A stretch of 64,000 bases of DNA from Nitrosopumilaceae archaeon (GTDB lineage: Archaea; Thermoproteota; Nitrososphaeria; Nitrososphaerales; Nitrosopumilaceae): contig OZ242376.1 of the NCBI GenBank assembly GCA_965209085.1, positions 1,152,001-1,216,000 of the forward strand, read 5' to 3'. How positions within the stretch are numbered: the stretch's first letter is position 1; every line of letters starts with the position of its first letter. Under the pieces are notes generated by a model that saw only the letters and a program-made list of their open reading frames with translations, was not told the DNA's origin and did no database searches. This document shows, one piece after another, positions 30,115 to 40,303 of this stretch. The position numbers were made by a program, and so were the translations under genes.

Positions 30115-31653
30115 CGCCCTTACATACCAATCCTTTATAATACTAGTCGCCACACAATCGTCTTTGTTATAATCAATCACTCTATCAAGTAGTTCTTTGT
30201 GTGTCTCTGGATCATGTGCGTATTGGAGGTATAGATCAATCGATGACATAGCACCTACATCTGTATGTTTCCACTGGTAGCCCATCCATTTGGCTATTGG
30301 TTTAAGACCAGTACCTGGAATTGGAAAAATGTATGAAGAGGTTACTATTGGATGTAGATCATAGAGAATATCCTTTGAAAGAACAAGTTGTTGATCATCA
30401 CTAGATATATCATATTTTTCCATCATTTTGACCATATGTGTTTTTTCATAAGGTGCCCAATGATATAACACATAGTCTTTCTGCGTTCCCAGAAACTCTA
30501 CAAATTCTTTTACCATGTCTTCCTCCGAATCAATATTTTTTGCTACAAATGAGACATATTCCTCCTTGCCATCTTTGCGTATTATAGCACCAATCAAATA
30601 GTCTGTCATGTCTAATTCGTGTGCAGTTTGAGTTGCAAAATCAATGCCTTCTAAATCAAAGAATATTTCCGTAGTCTTCTCTGACAAGGGTTTAGGGGGT
30701 TTGATTTGTACCACTTTATTTTTCAAGATAGCATTTGCATGATGCGTCATTTTGTTTGCATTTATCGCCCCTATTCCATCAATATTCATAAGATTCTGTT
30801 TGCCCGTATTAACAACATCATCAAGTTTTTGGTATCCTGCTTCAACGAGTTTATTTTTCATTTTTAATCCCACGCCATGAAGCAACGATACATCCCGTTC
30901 TTCCAATGCCATTTTGTTACAATAATCATTCCACGGGTACATACATGAACCAAATGTGGGCGATGGTCGCTCCCCATCTTTGATCTTGAACACGCCTTCT
31001 ATTTTATCAAATAACTCGCCCTCATATTCTGCAAATTTATACGGAATCTCATGCTTTTCCATGTTTATTAGATAAAACGTATCTGGAGTATAACCTTGTA
31101 TTTTACCGATTATGTGATTGTATAAAGCTGCCTGAAGTATGTGGCCTTTTTTGATATTTTTGGCAATTTTAATCTCTTTTATGGCATAGTGATGTTTTCC
31201 AAAGATGGATCTACCATCTTCTTTTACAATCTGATCTGCAGTGCCATAAAGTCCTTCAGGTAGGTAATATAATGGAGCATTTAGTATGGCCATAGTTTTA
31301 GATGCCATACTGTCTAGTACTTTACGAAATCCATCTTCAGGAGTATCAAATATCATTGGTTCAGAATTTGGAAATTCTTCTTGATTTACCTTTTCTTCAT
31401 GCTCGTTTCCCATCTTGCCGAGTTCAACAAGGTATGCGTCTGGGATTTTGTCCATTTCTGATCTATCTACAAAATTATTACAGTAAAGATAGAATGGTGC
31501 ATCTACGTATTGACGTATGTCCGTTGCGGTCAGCCTATGTTTTGTTTTATGATTCATGTATATCTCAAATAGATCTTCACAATTGACGCTTTTGGAATCC
31601 CTATTTGTTCTAGATTTGAATATATCCATTTTCAATATGGGCATATGAAACAT
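30103..31653 (-). CDS. TM0106-family RecB-like nuclease (PD-(D/E)xK, HhH and RNase H-like domains)
   Basis: GTADQI..EIK..LQAALY; LHGVG and IDGIG HhH motifs; FFDLEG, YHWAPYE, LKPIA..MG..W, YNKDDC.AT. Confidence 0.88.
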   Translation of the reverse strand: MFHMPILKMDIFKSRTNRDSKSVNCEDLFEIYMNHKTKHRLTATDIRQYVDAPFYLYCNNFVDRSEMDKIPDAYLVELGKMGNEHEEKVNQEEFPNSEPMIFDTPEDGFRKVLDSMASKTMAILNAPLYYLPEGLYGTADQIVKEDGRSIFGKHHYAIKEIKIAKNIKKGHILQAALYNHIIGKIQGYTPDTFYLINMEKHEIPYKFAEYEGELFDKIEGVFKIKDGERPSPTFGSCMYPWNDYCNKMALEERDVSLLHGVGLKMKNKLVEAGYQKLDDVVNTGKQNLMNIDGIGAINANKMTHHANAILKNKVVQIKPPKPLSEKTTEIFFDLEGIDFATQTAHELDMTDYLIGAIIRKDGKEEYVSFVAKNIDSEEDMVKEFVEFLGTQKDYVLYHWAPYEKTHMVKMMEKYDISSDDQQLVLSKDILYDLHPIVTSSYIFPIPGTGLKPIAKWMGYQWKHTDVGAMSSIDLYLQYAHDPETHKELLDRVIDYNKDDCVATSIIKDWYVRAVND

Positions 31654-31843
31654 GTATTTATTTGTATGAGGTCAGCTATTAAACGACACTGAACATATCT
31701 TCAAAGACGCTTTTACCGTGTGCATTCCACATCAAAACGCACGTTAAAAAGTTTAACATTCTTCTCATGGATTCAGATCCTCTGATCTGTCCGCTTATCT
31801 TACGGCGAACCACGACATCTCGTAATGCCCGCTCGGCTGCATT

Positions 31844-33198
31844 AGGCCTTATGCATAATCAATCACTGAGACATACGGTTCCGACTATGACGCTGTCATG
31901 ATCAAAGTACACATGGCCTAAAACCTTCAAGCAGACAACAAAATAAATCAAAATATCATATGCATGACAAAAAGCAGAATATTATGCGTGACCGTATGCA
32001 CAAAGATGTGCTACTTGATTTGAGGGCAAACTTTTTCCAACGGTTCGATATACTTGCGATCCTTTAACATGATGTGCAGATTGGTCAGTCCTGTAACCAC
32101 TTGGATTTCTGTATAAAACGCATCCATTGTGTCATCATATATGGCACTCATTCTGCGGAACCATTTGAGCCGGTTTATGGCATGCTCTACTTTTATGCGC
32201 TTACGACTGATCCTCTTGCTATATTCGCGTTCTGTCTCTGTCAATCCCCTACCCTTTGGTTTTTTGTATGGCTGCTTTGAGATAATGCCCCGATAGTCTT
32301 TTTCCACGGACAGATATCCCTTGTCAGTATATAGCATAATTTGGCGCTCTTTTTTTGTATCAGAGTTTTTCATGCCATCGGTCCATTTGCCAAAATTTGG
32401 CGGATTACGCCGCAGTACCTCCATGTCATGTACTGAGCCATCTTCAGGTCCGCCAATGTCAAGTACCAACCCGTCTTTGTTTGAGGTTATCTGTACGTTG
32501 TAGACGTGCCTCTTGCGCTTTCCAGAGTATACTACCTCTTGGTTTTCCTGCGGTCTTTGAACCTGTACAAACGTGGCATCAAGATACAGCTCGCCGCCGC
32601 CTCTGCCGGGTACGAATTTTTTAAACAACTCGCTTGTACGTATTGTCCGTATTGCAGCACCAATATTCTTAGCCGTTGGAAGAATATTCATCAACAATTC
32701 ATCAGAAAAGGTCAGATATCTGCTGATGGTGCTCTGATCAACGCCTGCAATGGCCGCAAGCAATTCCTGTTTAGGATTGTTGCGTTTGCGGCACAGTGTG
32801 ACAAACAAAATTTGAGATGCAGTGAGAATACAGGTGTTTCCAGGATCGTCGACATAATCTGAAAAGCGGGGGACCTTGGGCGAATATTCGATAACTTTTT
32901 CAAACCGTTCCTGAATCCATTCAAACTCTTCACGGTTCATTCCAGTCGTCCCGTACAAATAATTGTCATCATCAATTATGTGGTTCAAATATTCGTAGGC
33001 AGATTGTTGCTTTTCGACCTCATTATCATGTATCGTTTTTTTGTAGTGTTGAATTTCTGCTTCAAGCTTGGAGATCATCTCTGTTTGCTGGGCGATTATA
33101 CGCTTGTCTGGGGCACACATGCTGTACGAATGTGATACTAGATCATAGATCTTTCGATTTGTCAAAATTGATTTTTTGGTTAATTATGCATAAGGTCT
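31844..33198 (-). mobile_element. IS5-family element with 3-bp ATT target duplication
   Basis: TIRs AGGCCTTATGCATAAT / ATTATGCATAAGGTCT; ATT at 31841-31843 and 33199-33201. Confidence 0.92.
32011..33165 (-). CDS. IS5-family transposase (DDE_Tnp_4 type)
   Basis: LDATFVQVQRP, YSGKRKRH, GSVHD, TDKGY, RIKVEHAI. Confidence 0.9.
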   Translation of the reverse strand: MTNRKIYDLVSHSYSMCAPDKRIIAQQTEMISKLEAEIQHYKKTIHDNEVEKQQSAYEYLNHIIDDDNYLYGTTGMNREEFEWIQERFEKVIEYSPKVPRFSDYVDDPGNTCILTASQILFVTLCRKRNNPKQELLAAIAGVDQSTISRYLTFSDELLMNILPTAKNIGAAIRTIRTSELFKKFVPGRGGGELYLDATFVQVQRPQENQEVVYSGKRKRHVYNVQITSNKDGLVLDIGGPEDGSVHDMEVLRRNPPNFGKWTDGMKNSDTKKERQIMLYTDKGYLSVEKDYRGIISKQPYKKPKGRGLTETEREYSKRISRKRIKVEHAINRLKWFRRMSAIYDDTMDAFYTEIQVVTGLTNLHIMLKDRKYIEPLEKVCPQIK

Positions 33199-33337
33199 AT
33201 TGTTTGTAGGTGGGATGTTTTCATGCTCTATAAAGGTAAACAGATTCATCGTCGCATCCTCCAACCGTTTGATCAAACTCTGCATTTCGGACATTTCTGT
33301 ACTGCGGTATTTATCTAACATGACATCAAGTGTGTAT

Positions 33338-34580
33338 TGAAGTGGATCCCATAAAATGAGAACACCCAAAATGAAACAAATTTTACCCAGTCATGAATGT
33401 ATCCATCAATGAAAAGACCACATCATGCTCCAGACGAAAAGGTGCGTATCGTCATGGAGTCAATAAACACACACATCACTCCTGCAGACTGTGCCGCAAA
33501 CATAACATAAATCCGGCATCCTTTACCCAGTGGAGTGACATATTCTTTGAATGTGGCAAGGCAGGCATAAAAAAACCGTATAATCGTAATGAGAGTAAAA
33601 AGCACGATCACGAGATGGACAAGTTGAAGAGAATCATTGGAGATCTAACCATAGCCAATGATGCTTTAAAAAAAACGTTAGAGTAGAGCACAAAATGAAA
33701 GCATTGACTCTCATGCAAAAACAAGGTTTTAATGTCCGCAAATCCATACGTTATACCAGAATATCCAACAATATGCTGTACGCTCCGAAAAAATCACGCA
33801 TTATTCAAATCAACAAGGAAATCTCAAAGATGGTGCAACAGGTTGGTCAGAGCAGACCAACATATGGAACACGAAGAATGGCTACCACCATGTCTCGTAT
33901 TACAGTCAAACCCGTAAACCGCAAAAAGATTAAGAAAATATACCATTATCTAGGCTAGAGTGTGCCTGCAAAACCCAAAAAAGAGATCATTCGCTCAAGG
34001 AAGCGCCCAAAACCTGCAGGACCTGATCAGCTCTGGCAAGCTGACATGACGTACATTTGGTGCGGTCAGGACAGATGGTGTTACCTATTCAACGTCCTTG
34101 ATGCATTTACCCGTGAATGGGTCGGATATGCGTTTGAGTCAAGAGCTATTACCGACGGTGCAATTGCAGCATTAACTGAAGCTTTAGCCTCAAAGAACCA
34201 GGACTGCTCAAACCTTGTTTTAAGAACTGACAACGGCTCCCAGTATATTTTAGCGCAATTTGACAAAGCTGTAAAAGCATACGGTGTGAAGCAGGAATTC
34301 ATCCACCATCACACGCTAGAGCAAAATGCTCATGTGGAATCCTATCCTAAGAGCCTCAAGAAAGAATATCTCTGGCCGCGCGACTTTGAGACGTTCCAGG
34401 ACGCTAAGGCTGCAATATCATACGCCTTTGAGGATTACAATCAGAACCGAGTACACTTTGCAATAGGATGTGCGACACCATCAGAATTTGGCACCGCATG
34501 GAGGGCAATGATAAAATGAGTCCTCTGATCCTATCATTTTTAATGCAAAAATCGTTCTCATTGTACAGGGGTCCGCACCA
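33338..34580 (+). mobile_element. IS3-family element; orfA 33393-33686, orfB 33695-34519 broken by an in-frame TAG at 33956-33958
   Basis: TG...CA ends with TIR (TGAAGTGGATCCC..ATGAGAAC / GTTCTCAT..GGGTCCGCACCA); WQADMTY, TDNGSQY, NAHVES; the copy near 52980 has TGG at the stop position. Confidence 0.92.
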
Positions 34581-34610
34581 ATGATCGTATGTTATTGACT
34601 AATTTGTTAG

Positions 34611-34874
34611 TCATGAGCTGACCTCATACTTTGGATTTGTTTTGTCATTTATTACTGCAGATGTGGTATTATGAATTTCAATTTTATTCACTCTACCGAC
34701 TTTACCATCTGTCAATTCTACTTTTATTCCATACGGATGATCGTGTGACTTTGTCAATATTTTTTTAATAATACCTTTTGTGGTTTTACCACTTTTTTGA
34801 TCATTTTTGCAAATTATATGTACTGATGAGCCTATGTTTATGTCATCTCTAGTTGGAATATCCGCCATGATCAT
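34611..34874 (-). CDS. YwbE/DUF2196-family protein
   Basis: K.DQKSGK.TKG.IK.ILTKS..HPYGIKV.L.DG.VGRV. Confidence 0.85.
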   Translation of the reverse strand: MIMADIPTRDDINIGSSVHIICKNDQKSGKTTKGIIKKILTKSHDHPYGIKVELTDGKVGRVNKIEIHNTTSAVINDKTNPKYEVSS

Positions 34875-34955
34875 ATCAAAACATGGGTCATAATAAAATG
34901 TTGAATGTTAAATTCTGCAGATCATGTCTAATCGTCAGGCATTCTATGGAGATAA

Positions 34956-35081
34956 GCGGACCCGAGGGGGTCGGAACCCCCCGGGGCTTGGAACCTTGGG
35001 TGTTTAGGCGTGGTTCAAAAGTGATCGCAGTACGTTCAACTGTATAAGGCCTATTGGGGAGCCTACTAATCCCCTACATCC
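34956..35081. ncRNA. GC-rich structured intergenic element (candidate ncRNA or tRNA 3'-half-like remnant)
   Basis: Hairpins GGGGG-TCGGAA-CCCCC and GGGGA-GCCTACTAA-TCCCC in AT-rich surroundings; T-tract downstream on the + strand. Confidence 0.4.
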
Positions 35082-35378
35082 ATTTTTTTTATTTATATAA
35101 AATATATACATTATGTGTAATTTATTCATGATTTTTGCTTTATTATCACATATATTTTAGATAAAATGTTCAATACTCTTAAATAATTTGTAGTGTATTA
35201 TACAATCATGGAGGTTTTGAAAATAACTAATCAAGATGATTTAGACAATCATTCAGATCAATGCAATGAAAACAATGATGAATACGAGCACAGCAGAGAA
35301 GATTAACTAATCTCTGCCATCATATTGTTAGACGGCGATTCGTCGTTAATACAAAAAGAATAGTTTTTAAATTCATGG

Positions 35379-35400
35379 CTAGACCGGTTAGTCGGTCTAG
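35379..35400. promoter_or_regulatory. Inverted repeat CTAGACCG-N6-CGGTCTAG
   Basis: Perfect 8-bp arms in the intergenic region upstream of the NurA-like gene. Confidence 0.4.
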
Positions 35401-35508
35401 ACCATTATTAATAAAATAAATCCAATTATACATCGGATCATATCTAGCAGTCATATCATTACAACCTATACACGTTAAATTTATATTAGATTACAACCTA
35501 TACATTAT

Positions 35509-36309
35509 ATGAATAAAGACGCGATCAATTCAAAAGAGGTAAAAAAATCCCAGGATTGCAAGTGGTTTTCATACAATCCTAGGCACATTGATTCAGAAAT
35601 CATCGGGATCAGTAGTAATTACAGATGCTTTGAATACAAGGGCGTAAAACTATGGGTCGGCACTGCTTCTGCTACTAATACAACTGATAGCATACCCAAA
35701 TGGCACAGTGAATGCGGTCAAAATCGGCATGAGGTAAATACTGTGTTATTATGGACCATAACCAAAGAAGCAGAACTGTGCAAGGAAATGTCTTCAAAAT
35801 CAGATTTTGTGCTAATAGATGGATCCATTCATTCTAGATTAGCTGAGCTAGGCAGGATAAATAAACGAAATATTCGTTCAAAAAATGATTATGATTTATT
35901 AAAATTTCTATATGGTTCAAAAAATGTTATTTTTGTCTCAACTATACCTAATTCAAAAACAACTTTTGGATACACTGATTTTGACATTGCAACACGTTAT
36001 GCTAGTTGTAGAAATACGGGATTTAGTATGATGTGCAAAGATGACAGATATGGCAGTGATTCAGTTGTTACCACCATGTATGCCCATTTGGAAGATTGGT
36101 CACCATTGTTAAGGATGGAAATGTTTGGTGATGATTATGATGAATCTAGAACAAAAGGAATCATAGATTGTCTGACCACCACGGATTTAACCGGCTATCC
36201 CCATGCATTATGGTTAGCACAAAGCATGTGCAAGATAGACAAATCAGACATCATGCGTCTAACTCGATCACAAAGTAAAGAGATCAGAACAAAACAGGTG
36301 CTTGCATAA
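35509..36309 (+). CDS. NurA-like nuclease domain protein, divergent
   Basis: FVLIDGSI, LLRMEM, GYPHALWLAQSMCKI; the first catalytic DGS motif appears degenerate. Confidence 0.7.
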   Translation: MNKDAINSKEVKKSQDCKWFSYNPRHIDSEIIGISSNYRCFEYKGVKLWVGTASATNTTDSIPKWHSECGQNRHEVNTVLLWTITKEAELCKEMSSKSDFVLIDGSIHSRLAELGRINKRNIRSKNDYDLLKFLYGSKNVIFVSTIPNSKTTFGYTDFDIATRYASCRNTGFSMMCKDDRYGSDSVVTTMYAHLEDWSPLLRMEMFGDDYDESRTKGIIDCLTTTDLTGYPHALWLAQSMCKIDKSDIMRLTRSQSKEIRTKQVLA

Positions 36310-36509
36310 ATGGATATGATACCAGAGATTGTTTTGGCAGCATATTTGATAACACGCGCTCTGGCAAATATTTTCCCTGGGAAATGGAATTTTAGACGTT
36401 TGTATTGTTCCTGGAGGCATTATCCAAAGCTACTCAAAAATCAAAATATCATAACTTTGGAAATTCTGGCGTTGTTCAATCAGATTTAATGTAGCATAAT
36501 CACGCCATT

Positions 36510-36589
36510 AGACTTTTTATACATAATGGGCAAAATTCACAATTTTTACGAGTAAAAATGACAGATTTGAACGATTATGCATAAAGTCT
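36510..36589. mobile_element. 80-bp MITE-like element with IS5-type TIRs
   Basis: AGACTTTTTATACATAAT ... ATTATGCATAAAGTCT resemble the TIRs of 31844-33198. Confidence 0.6.
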
Positions 36590-36618
36590 AATAAATAATA
36601 TATCCCACATATAACAAT

Positions 36619-39192
36619 ATGAGAAATCTATACTTTGAAAATTCAAATGACAATAATGCTTCACACCGTGAAGATGATATAAATTTTGGGGCCAGACCGT
36701 TTTACAAATATTTATCAAGTTTAAGATATCTATTAAAAAAAGAAAAGAAAACAATTGGGTTCGATCTCGTATCAAAAAAATATAAACAAAAAATGAAAAT
36801 GAAAAAAAATGGCATTTTTATTCGTTTAAAAAATTTAAATCAATCAAAATCATATATGAATGACTTTTTAGATGGAGAATTGAGCGAAATTACAGAAAAT
36901 ATTTCAAATGATGATGACAGAAATAATTTAACTGTAATATCAATATTAGATCGAGATTTTGATAAAAAAATACTAGTACTTGATCGACAGCCTAGAACTA
37001 AAGAAATATCAATACAGCCTAATACATATGCCATAAAAAAACAAGTGGAAGCTATTAAAACAATAATGATCAACCCATTAAAATCCCACGAACCAATTTT
37101 AAAATTGTTTTATTCATATATAAATACAGACTGGCCAAATATTCGTGAAGAATATATCGATAAATGGTTTATACTCAAAGATGATAAAAGAAAAGGAATA
37201 GATGAACAACGTAAATTTGTAAAAATTGCGTTAAACACAGAAGATTTTGCATTTTTGGAAGGACCTCCAGGCTCTGGCAAAACAACTGTTTTGTGTGAAT
37301 TGATAGCACAATTGATTTCTAAAAAAAAGAAAATACTGTTGTGTGCATCAACACATGTAGCCATAGATAACGTGTTAGAAAAAATCTCAAACGAGAAAGA
37401 AGAAATGCGGATGGAAGAAGTAATGCCAATACGATTTGGAAATAAAGAATCCATATCAGACCGAATAAAACACTGGCAATATGAACAGCTGTATGAAACT
37501 AAAAGACAAGAGTTTATAGATCATTTATCAAAATCAAAATCTGATAAAAAATCTCACAAGATTTTTTCTACAGTCTTAAATCAGAATGATGATGGTTTTA
37601 AACGAATTATAATTGATTCTGCAAATCTCATATGTGGCACACCTATTGGAATAATTAAGCATTTAGAAGACAATCAACAATTTGATGTGTTGATAGTGGA
37701 TGAGGCTTCAAAGACACTTTTTACCGAATTTTTGGTTCCAGCATTGCATGCAAAACGCTGGATAATAGTTGGAGATATACGACAACTGCCACCGTATATA
37801 GATGACGAAGAAAGTGTGGCAAAAATCATTGAGGATAAAATGAAAGAATACATTTGTTATAAAAATGCGTGTATCGATGTTTTTTGTGCAATTAAATACA
37901 AAGAGAAATCTATCGTATGTATAGATGAAAATTATAATGAAAGTATTGAAATTTATGAAAAACAATGTAAAATGCACAATATAAAAATTATTAATATCGA
38001 TAATATCAATAATCATTCAATACAGATTTTAGAAAAACATGACATTATAATTGGCTCAATAAAATCCATACAGAAATTGGGAAAAATTCCACAGAATGTT
38101 TCAATGATCAGATGTGAAAAAAATAATTTAGGAAAATTAAAAATGCAAATTTCCAATAAAATAGCTAAAAAAAGAAGTGATCGCACATGGGGTAATGAAA
38201 TCTCATGGAGAATAAAACGATATCATGAAATGAATCTTGTTAAAAATACAGAATATGCAGGAAATTCCGATAAAATTATGGAAGAAATAGAATCGCTTTT
38301 ACCATATGATGACGAAATACGAGACAGATTACAAAAACATATTCATGATGTGGAATTAGCAGCATTACCATCATTTTTAGAATTTATTCAACACGGTTTT
38401 AAAAGTAATAAAAAAGATTATTATCAAACGGTCATTACAAACGGAATGCTGGATGAAGATTTTTCCAAGAGACATATAAAACTTCAATGGCAGCATAGAA
38501 TGCATAAAGAAATAGCTGATTTTTCACACAAACATATCTATAATAGCGAATCATTATTTACTCCAGAATCCATATCCAAAGAACGTAATTGGAATTATTC
38601 AAAATATAAATTTAGAATGATTTGGCTGGATGTTGCATACAAACATGAAGATCCTGAAATATTTAAAAAAAGAAATATCCATAATAAAAATATCTCATTA
38701 AACAAACTTGATGAAATAAATATGAATGAAGCTAAAGCAATAATAAACGAATTAAAGGAATTTGTTACAAAAATAACTACAAGATCCGATCATAAACCAT
38801 GGGAAATAGCAATATTGACATTTTATAGAGGTCAAGAAGCCATAATACGTGAATTATTACGTGAATATACAAAAAATACTGAGGCGACCAGGTATTTCAA
38901 TATTAAATTAAAAAATATTAAAATTGAATTATGTACGGTGGATAGATTTCAAGGTCATGAAGCAGATTTAGTATTTTTAAGTATGGTGAAAAAACATCCA
39001 ACCGGATTTGTTAAGATTGTAAACCGTCTAAATGTGGCATTGACTAGAGCACGCTATCAATGTGTTATAGTTGGAAATAATAAAGGATATGTTAAAGATG
39101 ATGAAAAGTACAAATCAATAACTAGTATATTAGCGAAAGAAATCAGTACAAATAAAAAAATGTGGGGTGATGTAATTGATTCAGGTTTGTGA
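36619..39192 (+). CDS. SF1 (UPF1/DNA2-like, AAA_11/AAA_12) helicase
   Basis: GPPGSGKT, ASTHVAIDN, DEAS, VGD..QLPP, QHRM, TFYRGQ, TVDRFQGHEAD, RLNVALTRAR. Confidence 0.92.
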   Translation: MRNLYFENSNDNNASHREDDINFGARPFYKYLSSLRYLLKKEKKTIGFDLVSKKYKQKMKMKKNGIFIRLKNLNQSKSYMNDFLDGELSEITENISNDDDRNNLTVISILDRDFDKKILVLDRQPRTKEISIQPNTYAIKKQVEAIKTIMINPLKSHEPILKLFYSYINTDWPNIREEYIDKWFILKDDKRKGIDEQRKFVKIALNTEDFAFLEGPPGSGKTTVLCELIAQLISKKKKILLCASTHVAIDNVLEKISNEKEEMRMEEVMPIRFGNKESISDRIKHWQYEQLYETKRQEFIDHLSKSKSDKKSHKIFSTVLNQNDDGFKRIIIDSANLICGTPIGIIKHLEDNQQFDVLIVDEASKTLFTEFLVPALHAKRWIIVGDIRQLPPYIDDEESVAKIIEDKMKEYICYKNACIDVFCAIKYKEKSIVCIDENYNESIEIYEKQCKMHNIKIINIDNINNHSIQILEKHDIIIGSIKSIQKLGKIPQNVSMIRCEKNNLGKLKMQISNKIAKKRSDRTWGNEISWRIKRYHEMNLVKNTEYAGNSDKIMEEIESLLPYDDEIRDRLQKHIHDVELAALPSFLEFIQHGFKSNKKDYYQTVITNGMLDEDFSKRHIKLQWQHRMHKEIADFSHKHIYNSESLFTPESISKERNWNYSKYKFRMIWLDVAYKHEDPEIFKKRNIHNKNISLNKLDEINMNEAKAIINELKEFVTKITTRSDHKPWEIAILTFYRGQEAIIRELLREYTKNTEATRYFNIKLKNIKIELCTVDRFQGHEADLVFLSMVKKHPTGFVKIVNRLNVALTRARYQCVIVGNNKGYVKDDEKYKSITSILAKEISTNKKMWGDVIDSGL

Positions 39193-40303
39193 GTTATTCA
39201 ACATAATATTGAAAAAGAAAATTCAAATAAAATCTTGGAATATACGGGCAATGATTGCATTTCCGGAAAAAATTGATTATATTTTAGCAATTCTTTATCA
39301 TGTTATGGAAATGAAATCGCAAGCAAGTGCAAAATCATTATCTAATGAATTGTTGGGATCCTGGAACGTATCAATTGCAAAGGCATTATTAACAAAATGT
39401 ACTGATTTGGGATTAATCAATGAAAAAAATGGATTATATTCTATCACATATAATGGGAAGGATTCTATAAAACAAGAATTAATTTTTATGCCGATAGAGG
39501 GCACATGGAATATTAAATATGTAGAAGATACGATCATGTTCGAAAAACCAAAAATATTGGAATTAAATTTAACATATTCAGAATTCACTAGAGATGCAGA
39601 TGACAGAGTTGTTGAATTTAAATCAAGAAAGGATCGTGCGTCAGTAAATAATGTATCCAATGTTCCAGCATTCATTGACAATTTGTCAGGCACACATGTA
39701 AAACCTATAGAAGGTAAAGATTTTCGTATTGAAAATTATGAAGATATGGCAGAAGAATTACCACATAATGCAGAATATTTGTCGTGGAATATACAAAAGA
39801 ATCATTTAGAGATTTCAGTATCTAAAAGATTTAAAAAAATTAAAAGAGCATTGCATCCTCCAAACGCATCATTTGAAAGTATTTGGGAAGCAATGTTAAA
39901 ATTCAAAAATATTTCTAAAGAGTGGGATCGTGATAAAAGAAAACTTTTAGTTCAATTTGATAATGATGACATTACAGATCGAATTAACATGCAACATGTT
40001 TTGGAATTTATCAATCCAGTAATTTTAGATTACGGAACGTTTGAAAATGTAAGTGTATTAGTAGATGTTTATCCTAAAACAAAAAATGACGCACAAAAAT
40101 GGGCAGAGTTTTTATTTTTAAGTAACATAACAGAATATATGACAAAAGAAAGATATAATAAATTAAGAAATAAAATCCTAGATAAATTTTCAGAATATGA
40201 TATTCATATTGAAGAACGAACAATGTTATGTAATGGTGAAAAAATTTCAAAGCATACTTCACAATACTGGTATCTAAAATCAATGGAAGATTGGGATTTA
40301 TGA
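39176..40303 (+). CDS. Hypothetical protein, possible N-terminal winged helix
   Basis: 375-aa ORF overlapping both neighbours; LLTKCTDLGLINEKNGLYSITYNGK looks like a wHTH wing. Confidence 0.7.
   Translation: MIQVCELFNIILKKKIQIKSWNIRAMIAFPEKIDYILAILYHVMEMKSQASAKSLSNELLGSWNVSIAKALLTKCTDLGLINEKNGLYSITYNGKDSIKQELIFMPIEGTWNIKYVEDTIMFEKPKILELNLTYSEFTRDADDRVVEFKSRKDRASVNNVSNVPAFIDNLSGTHVKPIEGKDFRIENYEDMAEELPHNAEYLSWNIQKNHLEISVSKRFKKIKRALHPPNASFESIWEAMLKFKNISKEWDRDKRKLLVQFDNDDITDRINMQHVLEFINPVILDYGTFENVSVLVDVYPKTKNDAQKWAEFLFLSNITEYMTKERYNKLRNKILDKFSEYDIHIEERTMLCNGEKISKHTSQYWYLKSMEDWDL

Larger units (their letters stand above)
31672..33337 (-). mobile_element. IS66-family remnant split by an IS5 insertion (31672-31843 plus 33199-33337)
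   Basis: Joining the halves restores LFTFIEHENIPPTNN|AAERALRDVVVRRKISGQIRG. Confidence 0.85.

Noticed and set aside
30103-31653. Cas4 / CRISPR adaptation gene
   Set aside because: Domain order (nuclease, HhH, RNase H-like) fits TM0106; no cas1/cas2 or array.
34956-35030. Complete tRNA gene
   Set aside because: Only a T-arm/acceptor-like 3' part is visible and the T-loop is non-canonical; kept only as a candidate structured element.
12915-36309. HerA-NurA repair pair
   Set aside because: The genes are about 19 kb apart, the ATPase architecture is unlike canonical HerA, and mre11/rad50 are absent.
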